Positions 57,461-64,000 of a stretch of DNA of 64,000 nucleotides are shown here, piece after piece. The DNA comes from Balanoglossus misakiensis. Taxonomy: Eukaryota > Animalia > Hemichordata. Position 1 is the first letter of the stretch; each line of letters starts with the position of its first letter. The stretch is taken from contig CM082595.2 in assembly GCA_040954595.2 (NCBI GenBank), positions 2,837,943-2,901,942 of the forward strand. The letters are read 5' to 3'. A program made the translations under genes and the position numbers. The notes under the pieces were generated by a model that saw only the letters and a list, made by a program, of their open reading frames with translations, had not been told where the DNA came from and searched no databases.

Positions 57461-58409
57461 TTTTACAATTATATCAATGAATGTGTTCATTTCAGTCTAA
57501 AACAAAGCAATGTGATTGGTTCTTGTAAGCTTTCCTCTTGTCAAAGTGAGTTTCTGTTGATTGGGGTTCTTGCATGTTGGCTAAATATCTTTACTATAAA
57601 AACAATTCCTAACAAATGTATAGGTGGGAAGGGGGGGGGGGATACTATGCCAGTTCTCCAGAAGGATGAAACTTGTACTGGTAAGACAATAACTGATAAT
57701 GATTCTTGAAGAGGTATTTCTTTAAAAAAGGTCAAGCTGTAGAGTTCCTTCAATCTTTTTAAAATGAGTGTCACATATCAGATTTTGGCAACGGTATAAT
57801 TGAATGTACATTACAAGAAACAGAATCATGTATTCTTGGTGGAAAGACCATAAAAAACATGAACAACCAGATACCCACAGTAGCAAAGTTTAGGCATACT
57901 GTACTCTGTTTGCTGACCCATCCAAAAACAAAGGTTTCAAGCATCATTATGGTGTATGAACTTTGACCAAACTACAGCAGACAGGTCTGCCAAATGCAAG
58001 TACACACAAGAAAGAGGTTGATCTATGAACTTGACCCCACGGAGTAAATTGTCAAATGGAGAACTGGCTATTTTGAGTAGACAATACATGGTTGAATCTC
58101 TGCAAGTAACATCTGTATAAATACAATAATAAACCCACTGAATCTTGGTTGAATTCAGCCCACTAGTGGTGAAGCTCTCAAAAAAAATTAAATAAAATGT
58201 TATAATTACCCTCGAAGTAATCACCAGAGATTCTGAAAAGCTACACACAGGATTGGCATTTGACACATTCTGATTCGACCTCTGACTTGTCATTGACCTT
58301 TGACATATTTCCTTATATAGTATACAGTCGGTATAGAAAATTGCTAGTAAAAAGGATGGGAGAAATGAAAGCATCGAATGCTTTGTGACACAGTTTCATT
58401 GTACATGTA

Positions 58410-62245
<3,836 letters not shown>

Positions 62246-62325
62246 TTTGAAGTCACCTCTGTAATTCGATAAAATTACGATACTCTGAAACTGAACTGAA
62301 ACCCGAAGCAGGAAGAGGATGTGCT

Positions 62326-62336
62326 CAAAATGGCGG
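62326..62336. promoter_or_regulatory. YY1-type motif at the CAPZB promoter
   Basis: CAAAATGGCGG about 80 bp upstream of the CAPZB ATG, typical of TATA-less housekeeping promoters. Confidence 0.45.
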
Positions 62337-62633
62337 ACGTAACATACGGGTATTGTTACTCCCTAGCTTACTGTAAAAGTTCGATCATTGCGGAAGTATG
62401 GGCAGTCATAATATCACCTGCATAAAAAGTGTGTTACAGTTAGTTTTGTTTGCTCAATGTCCCACCCAAATAAATAAATAAATAAATAAATAGTGCTAGT
62501 AAATGTTGTTGTTCTTTTGGGCCCTCATTGTGCTTCATTTGAGATTAGAAGTCTTGTTCAGTATAGTTCAAAGTAATTTTTTATCAGATTATAGATACAT
62601 GTATTGAACTTTTGGAAACCACCACGCACCCAT

Positions 62634-62732
<99 letters not shown>
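62634..62732. repeat. (CAT)n microsatellite
   Basis: Direct reading. Confidence 0.95.
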
Positions 62733-63598
62733 TAATGCATTTCAATTTTGAGTTTGGCACCAGATGTTTGGTTTCATGTTGGCACAAGATGTTATAACAG
62801 GAATAAAAAAAACTTCCTTGCAAAAAAGGAGAAAACGCCCACCTATTGTTACACTACGCTATTACAATTCGTTTAACAAAAGCAATGTTCAAAAAGCGGA
62901 TCTGGGATTTTTGAGCATGCTTTGGGGAATTGAACAAGAAGTGCAGAACAAAAATACTGACATAATAGCCAAAAGTTGCATCTAATTTTCATGTGCGTCA
63001 AAATGTAGCCCGTATTATATTATAGAAATCAATGTATGTGGAGTCACTTCTGAAATTAAACATTCAAAAAATTATTTTGTTCACTCACATATTATTATTT
63101 TAATATTTTGGGATACGTTTTCCCTTTTTTTTCTCTCCGTCTCCGGTCTGAGATACACTTCTCAGTTCAGACTATCAATCTTTTCATAACTTATTTCAAT
63201 TTCAAAAAATATTATTTTATATTCTTTATTATTTCGTTCATTTTTTATAAAAATGGAAAAATAAGCACTCCGTACGTGTGTCATAAAATAAATCCCCGCA
63301 AATAAATTTATGTAAATGATCCGATATCGGTTTCCGGAAATTGCCGAACAAGCTTCGGCACTTTGTCTCCTTGCGGATATACGCAAGAAGGTATAGAAAC
63401 ATACTGATATGGCTAGAAAAATCGCCGTCATCCTCCAATTTTGTTGAATTTAAGGGACCCCCTCCCGAACCATATGAAAGATGGATATTTATCCTTTATA
63501 AATCAGGTCTTATTTGTTAATTTATAGGAGATTCCGCTTGGAAACAAGCCTACGAACCGGTGGGTCTACGGCCCTACCACCCTTTCCTTCACGTTGCA

Positions 63599-63672
63599 AT
63601 GAGTGGTACAGGACAGAAGAAATCTTCACAGCAGCAGCAGCAGCACCAGGGACAATTACGGCCACAAGCCAG
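63599..63672 (+). CDS. Putative first coding exon of an unidentified gene divergent from CAPZB
   Basis: gcaATG start encoding MSGTGQKKSSQQQQQHQGQLRPQA, ending at AG/GTATCCTT (U12-type donor). A TTTCCGGAAA ETS-like palindrome lies upstream at about 63331. Confidence 0.4.
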
Positions 63673-64000
63673 GTATCCTTACAATTTACTTCGTTTTAAA
63701 AAACTGTTTGTAAGACGGGAAGACATGGATCGCGAACGAATGTCGTAGAACTACAAGACGAGAGGTGGGGTAAACGCTACGTGCACTAGATGTATGTTGC
63801 ATATGTATATTGGCATTGGTCATGTCTATTGCGACACGGCCCATTTCATTGGCGGCAAGGCCATACCCGGCGAATGTCGATTTCACTGACACTCTACGCG
63901 ATCCCCCAACCCTTTCCACAAAAATAAGTTTCTGTGAGATGTACACGGACATATGTTCATGTTTTGAAGTTGTAGAAGCTCCCGTCTGGGAGATCGCTAA

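Overview
Eukaryotic, AT-rich, intron-rich genomic DNA, most consistent with a marine invertebrate bilaterian; the species cannot be fixed from the sequence. No prokaryotic features, tRNA/rRNA or CRISPR arrays were seen. Four protein-coding genes can be spliced by hand using GT-AG junctions: (1) a MEGF6-like secreted multi-EGF gene on + (33 exons, 9390-24414, 5' end not located), with a probable alternative signal-peptide first exon at 11737 and a C-terminal RGD; (2) ACK/TNK2 non-receptor tyrosine kinase on - (11 coding exons, 46022-31186, about 1520 aa); (3) an F-box/LRR gene on + with an intronless CDS (54944-56923), probably head-to-head with ACK; (4) F-actin capping protein beta CAPZB on - (9 exons, 62245-58410, 274 aa). 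A possible fifth gene starts at 63599 with a U12-type splice donor. Between the convergent 3' ends of MEGF6 and ACK lies a very homogeneous 2.3-kb foldback satellite built from 112/144-bp units, with a 512-bp higher-order period and inverted ends. Introns carry several TTAA-flanked MITE families, long hairpin elements, LINE remnants and microsatellites.
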